Source of the DNA: Octopus sinensis
Lineage: Eukaryota
Reading direction: 5' to 3'
Assembly: GCF_006345805.1 (NCBI RefSeq)
Contig: NW_021835811.1
Span: 1-38,210 of the forward strand
Length of the DNA stretch: 38,210 bases
Every line of letters begins with the position of its first letter. The first letter of the stretch is position 1. This document shows positions 9,908 through 22,324 of this stretch, piece after piece. The position numbers and the translations under genes are program-made. The notes under the pieces are model-generated. The model did no database searches. It was given only the letters and a program-made list of their open reading frames with translations, and was not told the DNA's origin.

Positions 9908-11830
9908 AGAGATGTGTAGTAGTCTTTTGAAGCACTCGAGCTCAAATGCCTGGATTCTTCGCTCCGTATCAGCTGTAAGAGTCCAGTTCTCACACGCATA
10001 CAGAAGGATCAAAGTTACCGGAGACGTCTACACTCTGAGTCTTGTTAGAAACCTCGTGGAAATACTTATCCATATGATGTTCGGCTTCATTAGAGCAGCA
10101 GAAACCGAAGTGAGTATTGATGTTATCTCTTTCTGAGATCTGCCGTCCTTGGCCAAAGTAGATCCCAGATACTCAAAGGTGTCCACTTCAAGTCTCTCTC
10201 TATTTAGCATGATATTGGTCGCTGCGTTTTGTTTGTTACAATGAATCATGATCTAACTCTTTTCTGGGATGATCTCCATTCCGTATACTCTAGATCCTTT
10301 TTCCAATCTTGTAGTGAGCTTCTGTATTTCTGCTTCCTAACACGTCAATATCGTCAGTAAAGCTCAGGCTGGGCTGTCCTCCAATGAAAACAGAGGGACG
10401 GAGGTCTTGGAGTCTTGGAGGGGTGAAAGCTTTCCTGGAGCACATTATGCAGGAGCGTGATGTTCTCTAAGGAAGATGTTGAAAAGCAGTGGAGAGAGGA
10501 GGCATCTTTGTCGAACACCCACTGCTGTCCTAAAGAATTTTCCGACTTTGTTGCTCAGAAGAACTGCACTTGTTTGAGCTTTCATACAATGTTTGGTTTA
10601 CTTCGATAAGGTTGTAATTCTTCATCACTTCTCCCAGTTCTTCATCACGCCTAACTCGATCAAAGGCCTTTTTCAAGTCGATGAAGTTAGTGTAGAGGTC
10701 AGATTGGTGTTGCAAATGTTTCTCAGTGAACAGTGCGATGTTAAATTTTTGCCCCACAGTACTCATTTTGACCCTAAATCCTGCTTCTTCTGCAAGTATG
10801 TTCTATAATTCTGGCAGAGCCTAAAGTTGACTTTCTTGGGAATGGGTATCATCACTGTCTCCCGGTATTTTCTGGCGAGTAACTGTTGGTGCCTTGATAA
10901 GCTTTGGTCTTCCATGTTCTACAAGTTCTGATGGGATGTATCCGCTCCCGGGATTAACCATCTTTGAGTATGCTCGCTGCCTCTTTGACTCCCTTATAGA
11001 AAATTGGAGTACCCCGCAAAATTGTTGTAATTGTCCATGATGCTGATATCATGTGTGAGTTTGTGACTGTAAAGGTCTCATCTGCCAGGATCAGGCCTAT
11101 TTTGTCCTCAGCGTGGTGTATTTCTTTGTTTTGTTTGGATTTTGAAACTTTCAACACGCAGGAGTGGCTGTGTAGTAAGTAGCTTGCTTACGAACCACAT
11201 GGTTCCGGGTTCAGTCCCACTGCGTGGCACCTTGGGCAAGTGTTTTCTATTATAGCCTCGGACCGACCAAAGCCTTGTGAGTGGATTTGATAAACGGAAA
11301 CTGAAAGAAGCCCGTCGTATATATGTATATGTATATATATGTGTATGTGTTTGTGTATCTGTGTTTGTCCTCCCCAACATCGTTTGACAACCGATGCTGG
11401 TGTGTTTACGCCCCCGTAACTTAGCAGTTCGGCAAAAAGGGACCGATAGAATAAGTATTAGGCTTACAAAGAATAAGTTCTGGGGTCGATTTGCTTGACT
11501 AAAGGCGGTGCTCCAGCATGGCCGCAGTCAAATGACTGAAACAAATAAAAAAAAAACAACCTGGCTGTTGGCGTTCTTTATCCCAATCGCAATGACCTTC
11601 ACTGCTCTTCCAGCCATTTCTCGCTGGTTTCCTCCATTTCCTTCCTAATTTTCCTATTCATAACATTGTACTCTTGACTTGCTTCTTGACCCGTTAGCTT
11701 AGTCTTCCTCAGGTCTCGCCTTAAGCCACGTAGGTCCAGAATCTCATCAGTGACCCGTGGTTTCTTTTTCATTCACCCCAGACTTCTGGCGCCATTTCCT
11801 GGAGTGCTTTTTTGATATAGTCAGTCAGAG
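9908..11830 (-). pseudogene. Decayed RTE (BovB-like) LINE ORF: EN-RT linker, RT and C-terminal region, interrupted by SINE A at 11156-11550
   Basis: Frameshifted pieces on the minus strand: (P)RVTDEILDL..RRDLRK, NRKIRKEME..EKWLEEQ, EDKIGLILADE, FIDLKKAFDRV, LEVDTFEYLGSTLAKDGRSQKEI, ILLYACENWTLTADTERRIQAFELECFKRLLHIS. Confidence 0.9.
11156..11550 (+). mobile_element. SINE family A inserted in the RTE
   Basis: Full-length homology to family A. Confidence 0.9.
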
Positions 11831-11831
11831 G

Positions 11832-11873
<42 letters not shown>

Positions 11874-11957
11874 GTGTGTGTGTGTGCGCGTGTGTATGTG
11901 TGTGTGTGTGTACTTCTCTATTGGTAGAACTTCCGTAATTATTCTTCTGGTTTTTGT

Positions 11958-12356
11958 ATTACTCTTTACTCTTTTACTTGTTTCAGTCATTTGACTGCGG
12001 CCATGCGGAGCACCGCCTTTTAGTCGAGCAAATCTACCACAGGACTTTTTCTTTGTAAGCCTAGTATTTATTCTATCGGTCTCTTTTGCCGAACCGCTAA
12101 GTGACGGGGACGTAAACACACCAACATCAGTTGTCAAACGATGTTGTGGGGACAATCACAAACAAACACACACACATATGTATACATATATACGACAGGC
12201 TTCTTTCAGTTTCCGTCTACCAAATCCACTCACAAGGCTTTGGTCGGCCCAAGGCTATAGCAGAAGACACTTGACCAAGATGCCACGCAGTGGGACTGAA
12301 CCCGGAACCATGTGGTTAGTAAGCAAGCTACTTACCACACAGCCACTTCTGCGCCT
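11958..12356 (-). mobile_element. SINE family A
   Basis: Full-length homology to family A. Confidence 0.9.
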
Positions 12357-12496
12357 ATAGTTTTCTATAAATCTGTAGCACTGTCGGCTGTTGTTCTTGT
12401 ATTCCGTATATTGCGTTGCAATGGCTCCTTGTAAATTTATGGTCAACCGACGGAAAGAGTCCCACTTTTTGCGTTCACATGAAAAAAAATCCTCAT

Positions 12497-12900
12497 AGAC
12501 GCAGGAGTGGCTGTGTGGTAAGTAGCTTGCTAACCAACCACATGGTTCCGGGTTCAGTCCCATTGCGTGGCATCTTGGGCAAGTGTCTTCTGCTATAGCC
12601 CCGGGCCGACCAATGCCTTGTGAGTGGATTTGGTAGACGGAAACTGAAAGAAGCCTGTCGTATATATGTATATATGTGTGTGTGTGTGTGTTTGTGTGTC
12701 TGTGTTTGTCCCCCTAGCAAAGCTTGACAACCGATGCTGGTGTGTTTACGTCCCCGTCACTTAGCGGTTCGGCAAAAAAAACCGATAGAATAAGTACTGG
12801 GCTTACAAAGAATAAGTCCCGGGGTCGATTTGCTCGACTAAAGGCGGTGCTCCAGCATGGCCGCAGTCAAATGACTGAAACAAGTAAAAGAGTAAAGAGT
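12497..12900 (+). mobile_element. SINE family A
   Basis: Full-length homology to family A. Confidence 0.9.
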
Positions 12901-13184
12901 ATAGGTATTCTCGTGTTCGTTGTTTATCCATCGTTTCCTTCCAGAACCAGTCAACATCAGTAGCGCAACCTTTCGCATTTACACCTCGATTCCATGCGTT
13001 CTTGGGAGACCGACTCTCCGATGGGGGAGTGACGTAGAAGGCCAAGACGTTGATTCGAACACTGGACCTTTTGATGTTCAATCAGAAAATCCTCAAACAA
13101 CAGCCGGAGTTTTAACAGATTGTGTTATGATGTCATTGATATTTGGTCAATGGAATTATAGATGAATAGACCCCACATGTTCCA

Positions 13185-13200
13185 GTGATGACGTCATCAC
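13185..13200. promoter_or_regulatory. Perfect 16-bp palindrome containing a full CRE/ATF site
   Basis: GTGATGACGTCATCAC in non-repeat context. Function is not demonstrable from sequence. Confidence 0.3.
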
Positions 13201-13525
13201 ACACGCACACACACACACACACACACACTTTCCTCTGTGTGTTTGTGTTTGCGTGTGTGTTGTTGTTGTTGTTGCTGCTGCTGCACAGACCAATAAACAA
13301 AGTCAATCCAGTCGTAACCGTCACATCTTTCTTTACAAGTAGCGTACCTAGGATTATCCAATTAGCCATTCCGTTTTTTTTTTAAGGTGTTATGATGTGA
13401 TTTAGGGGCAATTTGGCTGTTATATCTAACAGATGAAGAGACCACATAAATTTTTTCGGAGTTTTTATTTACAAGATATTTCTCAAATCAAAGACTCCAC
13501 ATTTTTTTTACTAAACACTGATTCA

Positions 13526-13526
<1 letters not shown>

Positions 13527-13583
<57 letters not shown>

Positions 13584-13777
13584 TAGTTTTATTTTTATAG
13601 CGTGCTTTCACTTCACTACCGAGCGCAGCTCTGTGTGCCTTGGGTATGTGCTGTGATTTGTTGTGATGCTCTGATGGTTATTGTATGGAAAGTGTTCTGT
13701 GTAGGGTGTGTGCAGTGCCCAGTAGTGTAATTTTCTGTACGTTATATGTGTTTGTAAGTCCTGGTGTTTTTGTTATG

Positions 13778-13780
<3 letters not shown>
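13527..13780 (-). mobile_element. 3' end of an RLE-type (R4/Dong-like) non-LTR retrotransposon with (TAA)n tail
   Basis: Minus strand translates YITKTPGLTNTYNVQKITLLGTAHTLHRTLSIQ*, matching the QK..LLGTA.ILR motif. A 3'UTR and (AAT)n follow; the other flank is (TTA)n(TTG)n. Confidence 0.75.
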
Positions 13781-13866
<86 letters not shown>

Positions 13867-14932
13867 ATTATTATTATTATTGCGTGGAAATAAATTTAAA
13901 GTTTCAAATCAAATTTTTATGGACTTTTCCTCTTTTTTTTTCACGTTCAAATTGATAAGGTAGACATTTCCAAGTCTGACATAATGTTCGAAATATTGTT
14001 TGCAATTCAAGACAAAAGATAAACCTTCAGTCTGTAAGCTTTTCAACAATAACGGGATTGTTGTGCTCTGTACACAAGAGAATTGGACACAAGCTGTTTT
14101 AGTAGTTGTATGTAATATCGCTAGTTTCAATCGCAATAAAACGTGTGTGGGGGAGCGTTTACATAAATATTTATGCAATAAAATGTATAGGAATCTACGA
14201 ATGTAGATATCGGATAAAAGTTTCTTTTGATAGTAAATAGCAGCTACTTAAATACATTCTCTACAAATTTTCCTTGATTATTTCAACAGAACCGATGTAT
14301 CGATTTCGTTGGGTTGAAAACGAGCCACACCTCGGCGCGATGACAGGCTACCCTGATGAAATTCGAACTCAGAATGTAGCGGACCTCACTGAATACTGCA
14401 ATACAATGAATGAGACTAATCTGTTGAACAATCAAACCATTTATTGTACCAGCTTCCTTCAACTCTCACCCTCTGTCTTTGAAGTTTCAGCCACTCTTTC
14501 TGGATTCCTTACATTTTTGTATTTTATGGTGTTTAGTTCAATGTCGTAGCGTCGGTTGCCACCGGGTAACTATTGCCCTCACCCCACCACTAAAATTATG
14601 GTAGAAATTAGTAAGAAAAAAAAAAGAAACTTTAAAATGTTGCATAACAAGAAGAGTGTTGTAGTTCGCTTGAAGCATTGTAGTACAGAAATGGAATAAT
14701 AAATGAAAAGAGGAACGAGGACAGCTTCTAAGAATGCAGAGACGAAAGTCGAAACTCTACGGCACCGACGACACCATCTTTTGGGAAGCTGCTGCTGCTA
14801 CTAGCACAAGCACCGGTTTAAAACGAAGGCACTGCCCATCCGGCCATCCAAATGGCAGGGTCGACGTAGATATACATTTCTTTGGCGGTACATTTCTGAC
14901 GATGGGCCTTGGCGCTCGGAATGGTTTTTTTG

Positions 14933-15246
14933 TCTTTTATTCTTTTACGCCTTTCAGTCATTAGACTGCGGCCACGCTGGGGCACCACCTTGAAGTAATC
15001 GATCCCAGTGCTGATTGTCTTTTAAAGCCAGGTACTTATTCTATCATTCTCCAATGCCGAACGGCTATGTTACGGAGACGTAAACACACCAACGCCGGTT
15101 GTCAGGTAGTCATGGGAGACTAGTACAAAGACACACACAGATACACACATATACACACGCTCACACACACATACACACACACAATCACACACACACTCAC
15201 ACACACACTCACACACACACTCATACACAGATACACACACACACAC

Positions 15247-15309
<63 letters not shown>

Positions 15310-15473
15310 TGACGGACTTCTTTCAGTTTCCGTCTACCAAATCCACTCACAAGGCTTTGGTCGGCCCGAGGCTATAGTAGAAGACACTTGCCCAAGGTGC
15401 CACGCAGTGGGACTGAACCTGGAAACAAGTGGTTGGTTAGCAAGATTCATACCACTCAGCCATGCTTGCGCCT
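14933..15473 (-). mobile_element. SINE family A with an expanded internal microsatellite
   Basis: Family A homology, with about 190 bp of CA/TA repeat in the middle. Confidence 0.85.
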
Positions 15474-15996
15474 ATTAATTATCTACACGCAACACAACAA
15501 CAACAGCAACAACAACAATTAGCCGTTGGCCTTCTTTGGAAATGAACTTATATCACCCGGTATTAGTCCCTTCGTCCAATGACTAACCTCAGAGACGTAA
15601 GTGGAATTCGTATAGTAATTAATCTACGAGCATTTATCTCAGAATAGAAAGGGACTAAAGCCAGTTACTGGTCACTAATAAACGATCTTTCTTCTTCACT
15701 CATTCCCTCCCAAAACTGCACAGTTTTATTGTGTGTTGTGTGGCTCAGGGTAGATATTTATCATGAGTTTCCGGAAGTTAGGTATTTATGGACATATATA
15801 TAATTGGCCTACTGTTCCATATCTCCATAGGGCTAGTGGTGTGTGTGTGTGTGTGTTGTGTGTAAGTGTGAAAGTGTGCATGTTTATGTGCCGACGTATA
15901 ATTGTGTAGGGATGTATTATCTACTTTGACATACTTGAAACTCACATTCCACGCACGCAGACACAAATATACTGGACATACGTGTGTAAATGTATG

Positions 15997-16054
<58 letters not shown>

Positions 16055-16071
16055 AGTGTGTGTGTGTATGG

Positions 16072-16110
<39 letters not shown>

Positions 16111-16126
16111 GTGTGTGTGTGTGTGG

Positions 16127-16417
16127 AGGCGCAATGGCCTAGTCGTTAGGGCAGCGGACTCGCGGTCGTACGATCGCAGTTTCGATTCCCAGACCGGGTG
16201 TTGTGAGTGTTTATTGAGCGAAAACACCTAAAAGCTCCACGACGCTCCGGCAGGGGGTTATGATCCCTGCTGTACTCTTTCTCCCACTCTTTCTTCTGTT
16301 GGCCTGCTCGCTTAGCCAGCGGGGTGACGTCATTCGAAGGCTAAAACAATGCGAACGCATTGTGACCAGCGATGTGTAGCAACATCTGATGGTCTGGTCG
16401 GTCACGTGATCACGTGA
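16127..16417 (+). mobile_element. SINE family B with variant 3' module
   Basis: Family B head and body to about 16290, then a different tail ending in TCACGTGATCACGTGA. Confidence 0.85.
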
Positions 16418-16664
16418 TATATGTATGTATGTCATTATTTAGTTTTATTTCAAAATTTCATGCCATTATAGAAAGAACCGGTTTCTAACCTAGATCCAAG
16501 ACTCCTTCATTGGAATTTCAACATCAACAAAAGGTATATATGTATGCATGCATGTATGTATGTATTTACCTATCTATTTAGCTATATATCTATCCATCTA
16601 TTTTATCGATATAATTACACACACAAACACACACACACACACTTGATACTTTCAAATTTCGGCA

Positions 16665-16815
16665 CTAAGCCAACAATTTCGGGGGTGGGGATAAATCCAT
16701 TGCATCAACTCCGAAAGGATGAAAGACAAAGTTAGCCTCGACGGAATTTGAACTCAGAACGTTAACACAGACGAAATACCGCTAAGCATTTAGTCCGGTA
16801 TGCTAACGATTCTGT
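16665..16815 (-). mobile_element. SINE family C, degenerate, with internal deletion
   Basis: Contains GGAATTTGAACTCAGAACG..GACGAAATACCGCTAAGCATT. Confidence 0.75.
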
Positions 16816-16836
16816 AAGCTCTCGATGCCCTTAATT

Positions 16837-17126
16837 ATGTATGTATGTATGTATGTATGTATGTATGTATGTATGTATGTATGCATGCATGCATGCATGT
16901 ATGCATGTATGCATGTATGTATGTATGTATGAATGTATGTATGTATGTATGTATGTATGTATGTATGTATGTATGCATGCATGCATGCATGTATGCATGT
17001 ATGCATGTATGTATGTATGTAATGTATGTATGCATGCATGTATGCATGCATGCATGCATGTATGTATGTATGTATGTATGTATGTATGTATGTATGTATG
17101 CATGCATGTATGTATATATGTATGTG

Positions 17127-17160
<34 letters not shown>

Positions 17161-17210
17161 TGTATGTATGTATGCATGCATGCATGTATGCATGTATGTA
17201 TGTATGTATG

Positions 17211-17244
<34 letters not shown>

Positions 17245-17268
17245 TGTACGTACGTACGTACGTATGTA
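16837..17268. repeat. (TATG)n/(CATG)n microsatellite
   Basis: Direct inspection. Confidence 0.95.
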
Positions 17269-17699
17269 GTAATTCCTTGGATGGAATTTATAAATATTCT
17301 AATGCATCACTACGCGCGTTTCCACATATCACATGTTTCTTACGATCATAGTCCGTATTCCTGGGATGATTACAGCGCAGTCCGTTGTATCCATGAACAT
17401 CGGAGAGATCATATTCATGCATTCATTTCTTCGGGCGATATACTTGTCCTACATTATCTCGGCGCAGCTCTGTGCAAGCCCCAAAAAACTGGTATCACCA
17501 ATTAGAAGCATTATATTGTAGCTGGCATTGTAGAGTAGGAGCTTTTATATGTATAGTCAAAACGTTTCCCGTAAACGAACTTAAAGGATATTCTATTATT
17601 ATCATTTTTAAATTGTTACATTAGATAATAATAGAATCAATGATATCTTCGCAAAACTATTTTCCTCGTGAATTATTTGCCCCGTATTGAAATTATATA

Positions 17700-18730
17700 T
17701 ATATATATATAAGACTTTTTTGCGTAATAAGATAAAAAAAAAACCAAGGCTGTGTAGATATTAGAGCATTTATAGATATAAGGTCTAAACAGCTGTTTCT
17801 AGGATATCTAATAATTATATCCCTTCATCGGAGACGGTGTGAGAGGATGGTGAAGTCATAGTTAGTTTAGATGTGATACGAAATAGAGAGTGAGGTGGAG
17901 GAAAGAAAATAGATGCAAGATACGCATGCGTATTGAATTCGTAAATCCATTTTTTAGACATAATGGTATATATGCAATATTCCAATATCCTTTGAGTAAA
18001 ATCCCAAAGTCCAACAGAGTTTTAAATGGGTCCTTCCAAATATAGAGTTTATAAGCAATGTTAGATTCCCTTATGAGTGAGATCCAGCAGATTTTTAAAC
18101 TTGGTCATTCCAAGTAGGGAATTTATATACAGTGTTGCAACATTGTATATAATATCATAAGTAGAGGCGCAATGGCCCAGTGGTTAGGGCAGCGGACTCG
18201 CGGTCATAGGATCGCGGTTTCGATTCCCAGACCGGGCGTTGTGAGTGTTTATTGAGCGAAAACACCTAAAAGCTCCACGAGGCTCCGGCAGGGGATGGTG
18301 GTGATCCCTGCTGTACTCTTTCACCACAACTTTCTCTCACTCTTTCTTCCTGTTTCTGTTGTACCTGTATTTCAAGGGGCCGGCCTTGTCACTCTCTGTG
18401 TGACGCTGAATATCCCCGAGAACTACGTTAAGGGTGCACGTGTCTGTGGATTGCTCAGCCACTTACACGTTAATTTCACGAGCAGGCTGTTCCGTTGATT
18501 CGGATCAATCGGAACCCTCATCGTCGTAACCGACGGAGTGCTTCCATCAACCATAATATCATAGAATATTGGAATATTGTAATATAACAATATCATAGGA
18601 TATTGGAATATTGCATATATACCATTATGCCTAAAAAAATTGCATTTACAACTTCAATACCCATACATATCTTGCATCTATTTTCTTTCCTCCACCTCAC
18701 TCTCTATTTTGTATCACATCTAAGCTAATA
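17700..18730 (-). mobile_element. pLTR-like element with a decayed hammerhead (17783-17835) and an inverted duplication (17858-17992 vs 18597-18730), interrupted by SINE B
   Basis: Minus strand GUCU-CCGAUGA-A-GGGAUAU...AUAUCCU-A-GAAA-CAGCUG-UU-U-AGAC. The roughly 135-bp arms are reverse complements. Confidence 0.6.
18165..18553 (+). mobile_element. SINE family B, long form
   Basis: A-box TGGCCCAGTGG and B-box GGTTTCGATTCC. ATAATATCATA on both flanks is a possible TSD. Confidence 0.9.
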
Positions 18731-18740
18731 TCATTAATAT

Positions 18741-18851
18741 ATAGGCGCAGGAGTGGCTGTGTTGCTACCAACCACATGGTTCCGGATTCAGTAGGACTGA
18801 ACCCAGAACCATGTAGCAAGCTTCTTACCACACAGCCACTCCTGTGCCTAT
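18741..18851. mobile_element. Foldback made of two inverted SINE-A heads
   Basis: ATAGGCGCAGGAGTGGCTGTG...GGATTCAGT followed by the reverse complement of a second head ending CACAGCCACTCCTGTGCCTAT. Confidence 0.8.
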
Positions 18852-19881
18852 GTATATATTTTGACTATATTAGTCTTAAGATTCTTTGATTTATGCATTA
18901 AATCTGCGGGGAGATGGGGTATCAGTATTCAGTTTCGTAGAAAATGAATTAATCGTATATTAAATCTGCGATTAACGCAGATTATTGGATGCGGGTGTTG
19001 TGGTGGATTTGAATTCGATGCATTCTTGAAATCTTTTACTTGTTACCAGAGTTGTTCTTAAACGAAGAGAAAAAAAATGTTTCTAAACTAGAATATTTTG
19101 TGTGTTGTTATGTTTGACATATGTCTGAGAGATTGAGAGGAAACGAGTACTTAAGAAGACCTCGATGTTTATCATAAATAAAAAAAAAACCTGAAACCCA
19201 AAATAAAAGGAAAACTAAAAAAAAAAAAAACAAACACTGAAATCGGGTCAACAACATTTACTGTGGTGACACCCGGAAAAACCTCATTAAAGAACTCATT
19301 GTTATACATAACAATGTTCGGGTTGTTGTGAACAGTGTGTGGTGTGGGGGAAGGGGTGGAAAGGACCGAGGGTACTTTGAACATGAGTTCGTAATGCAGT
19401 AGTTGTTCGAGTGTTCTTTCTGCACAATACGAGGGTCAAAGTTATTGAAACGAAGCGACTAATGACGAAGCAGTCAAAGGACCAGACCAGTAGCATCAGA
19501 GTTGGACAATTATTATTTACAAGTCAAAAAGATAACATTTGTTCCGGAAGTTCCTTGAGATTTTTTTCTTATTTTGCAGTCGAATATATTATTGTTTTGT
19601 GTATAAAGAAGCTAGACTGAAGTATATTAAGAGCTAAACCAGAAGATAATGACGCTACAAATAGACACAGGATGCTGCGAGATGCTGAAGTTGGTGTACT
19701 AATGAAATATTCTGGTACAAAACACCAATTACTGTTTTAATTTAAGAAACAAGAAAATTTTATTCGTGTGATAAAAAGCTGCGCAATATTTGAAGAAAAA
19801 TATGAAATCATAGCAGCTGAAGTCTATTTCACACAAATGTTATTATCAGTTTATGGAGGTACAATATTTCTGATTAAATAA

Positions 19882-20460
19882 GGCAGCGAGCTGGCAGAAT
19901 CGTTAGCACGCCGGGCGAAATGCTTAGTGGTATTTCGTCTGCCGCTACCATTCTGAGTTCAAATTCCGCCGAGGTCGACTTTGCCTTTCATCCTTTCGGG
20001 GTCGATTAAATAAGTACCACTTACGCACTGGAATCGATATAATCGACTCAATCCGTTTGTCTGTCCTTGTTTGTCCCCTCTGTGTTTAGCCCCTTGTGGG
20101 TAGTAAAGAAATAGGTATTTCGTCTGCCGCTACCATTCTGAGTTCAAATTCCGCCGAGGTCGACTTTGCCTTTCATCCTTTCGGGGTCTATTAAATAAGT
20201 ACCAGTTGCGCACTGGGATCGATATAATCGACTCAATCCGTTTGTCTGTCCTTGTTTGTCCCCTCTGTGTTTAGTCCCTTGTAGGTAGTAAAGAAATAGG
20301 TATTTCGTCTGCCGCTACGTTGTGAGTTCAAATTCCGCGGAGGTCGACTTTGCCTTTCGTCTTTCAGGGTCGATAAATTAAGTACCAGTTACGCGCTGGG
20401 GTCGATCTAATCAACTGGCCTCCTCCCCCAAAATGTGGGGCCTTGTGCCTAGAGTAGAAA
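19882..20460 (+). mobile_element. SINE family C trimer (period 185 bp; last unit has an alternative tail)
   Basis: Units restart at 20114 and 20299 with GGTATTTCGTCTG after AAAGAAATA. Confidence 0.9.
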
Positions 20461-20649
20461 TTGAATTTAGAGCATCAATAAGACTTCGATTGTTATTCAG
20501 AATCAGTATTTTACGCTCCTTGACGTAACGCGGTCAAGTGAGATATTTAATACCGAGAGTAAATTCATGCTGGTTATGGCATCGTTTATTTCACGTCGAA
20601 ATATTAAAATGAACGATTTGAAAGACGTTAGAGCTCAACTCTAGCCATA

Positions 20650-20868
20650 TTGGTTTCAGATTTTGGCACAAGGCCAGCAATTTTGGGGGCGGAGTATGTA
20701 GATTGCATCGATTCTAGTACTCAACTGGTACCTTATTTTATCGACCCTGAGAAGATGAAATGTAAAGTCAACCTGTTTTGGAATTTGAACCCAGAACGTA
20801 AAGACGGACGAAATGCCGCTAAGCATTTTGTCCGGCGTGCAAACGATTCTGCCACTTTGCCGCCTTAG
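20650..20868 (-). mobile_element. SINE family C, older copy with alternative tail
   Basis: Head GGCGGCAAAGTGGCAGAATCG and tail CCCCAAAATTGCTGGCCTTGTGCCAAAATCTGAAACC. Confidence 0.8.
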
Positions 20869-20994
20869 TCGCAATCTGAAATATTGATTTCCATTTTAGA
20901 AGTAGTGTCAGAAATTTAGGAGGGAAAAGTCGAGAGTATCGCCTCCCCCAGAACTTGATCCTTGAAATAATCAAATAATCAAAGGTAAACCGAT

Positions 20995-21412
20995 CTCTTA
21001 CTCTTTTACTCTTTTACTTGTTTCAGTCATTTGACTGCGGCCATGCTGGAGCACCGCCTTTAGTCGAGCAAATCGACCCCGGGACTTATTCTTTGTAAGC
21101 CCAGTACTTATTCTATCGGTCTCTTTTTGCCGAACCGCTGAGTGACGGGGACGTAAACACACCAGCATCGGTTGTCAAGCAATGCTAGGGGGACAAACAC
21201 AGACACACAAACACATACATACACACACACATATATATATATATATATACGACAGGCTTCTTTCAGTTTCCGTCTACCAAATCCACTCACAAGGCATTGG
21301 TCGGCCCGGGGCTATAGCAGAAGACACTTGCCCAAGATGCCACGCAGTGGGACTGAACCCGGAACCATGTGGTTGGTTAGCATGCTACTTACCACACAGC
21401 CACTCCTGGGCG
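20995..21412 (-). mobile_element. SINE family A
   Basis: Full-length homology to family A. Confidence 0.9.
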
Positions 21413-21906
21413 AGATTCTTCGAAATTAGAACGTAAAGGGGCAAAATTAAAATAAATACCACAAGGCATTTTCTCTGATGTTCTGCCGACTCCGACGCTT
21501 GACTGTGTGACTATCAATGATTTTTAACTTCTCTTTCCCACCACATAAAACATATTCCGATGTTTCAATTGTTTCTATTTACAAACACACAAAACCGCTG
21601 TTTACCTCAGATTCATGTTTAACATCAAGGTTGTTTACTTTGTTGTTGATAAAACAGGTCAGTACTGAACAAAGAGATATAGGCATTCCAGTCGTGACCC
21701 TTATGACGGCATTATCCTATGTGTATTTCCTATTCTGAAAATGACAGTGTAGTTTGAGGACGATTTAGTTGTTGTTTTCTTCCGGTTGAGAACACTTGAG
21801 AATCTAGTATGTACAAAGGGCAACCCTGGAAGCTATACACTGTACAGAACCTATGATATCTCATTAGGAATGGCAATGGGGTTTAATTCTAAAAGTTCGT
21901 AGACAT

Positions 21907-22324
21907 AGACGCAGGAGTGGCTGTGTGGTAAGTAGCTTGCTAACCAACCACATGGTTCCGGGTTCAGTCCCACTGCGTGGCATCTTGGGCAAGTGTCTTC
22001 TGCTATAGCCCCGGACCGACCAATGCCTTGTGAGTGGATTTGGTAGACGGAAACTGAAAGAAGCCTGTCGTATATATGTATATATATATATGTATGTGTA
22101 TGTGTTTGTGTGTCTGTGTTTGTCCCCCTAGCATTGCTTGACAACCGATGCTGGTGTGTTTACGTCCCCGTTACTTAGCGGTTCGGCAAAAAGAGACCGA
22201 TAGAATAAGTACTGGGCTTATAAAGAATAAGTCCCGGGGTCGATTTGCTCGACTAAAGGCGGTGCTCCAGCATGGCCGCAGTCAAATGACTGAAACAAGT
22301 AAAAAAGTAAAAGAGAGTAAGAGT
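21907..22324 (+). mobile_element. SINE family A
   Basis: Full-length homology to family A. Confidence 0.9.

Noticed and set aside
11735-11755. CTGATGAG on the minus strand
   Set aside because: It is part of the RTE coding sequence (VTDEIL) and has no ribozyme stems.
14350-14385. CTGATGAAATTCGAAC
   Set aside because: It is a degenerate SINE-C B-box region, not an HHR.
14735-14765. GAC-GAAA-GTC-GAAAC resembling HHR stem II
   Set aside because: The upstream core is ATGCAGA (two mismatches), and no stem I or stem III can be formed.
17270-17520. Open frames after the (TATG)n tract
   Set aside because: The ORF length is inflated by the microsatellite, and there is no recognisable motif or clear splice pair.
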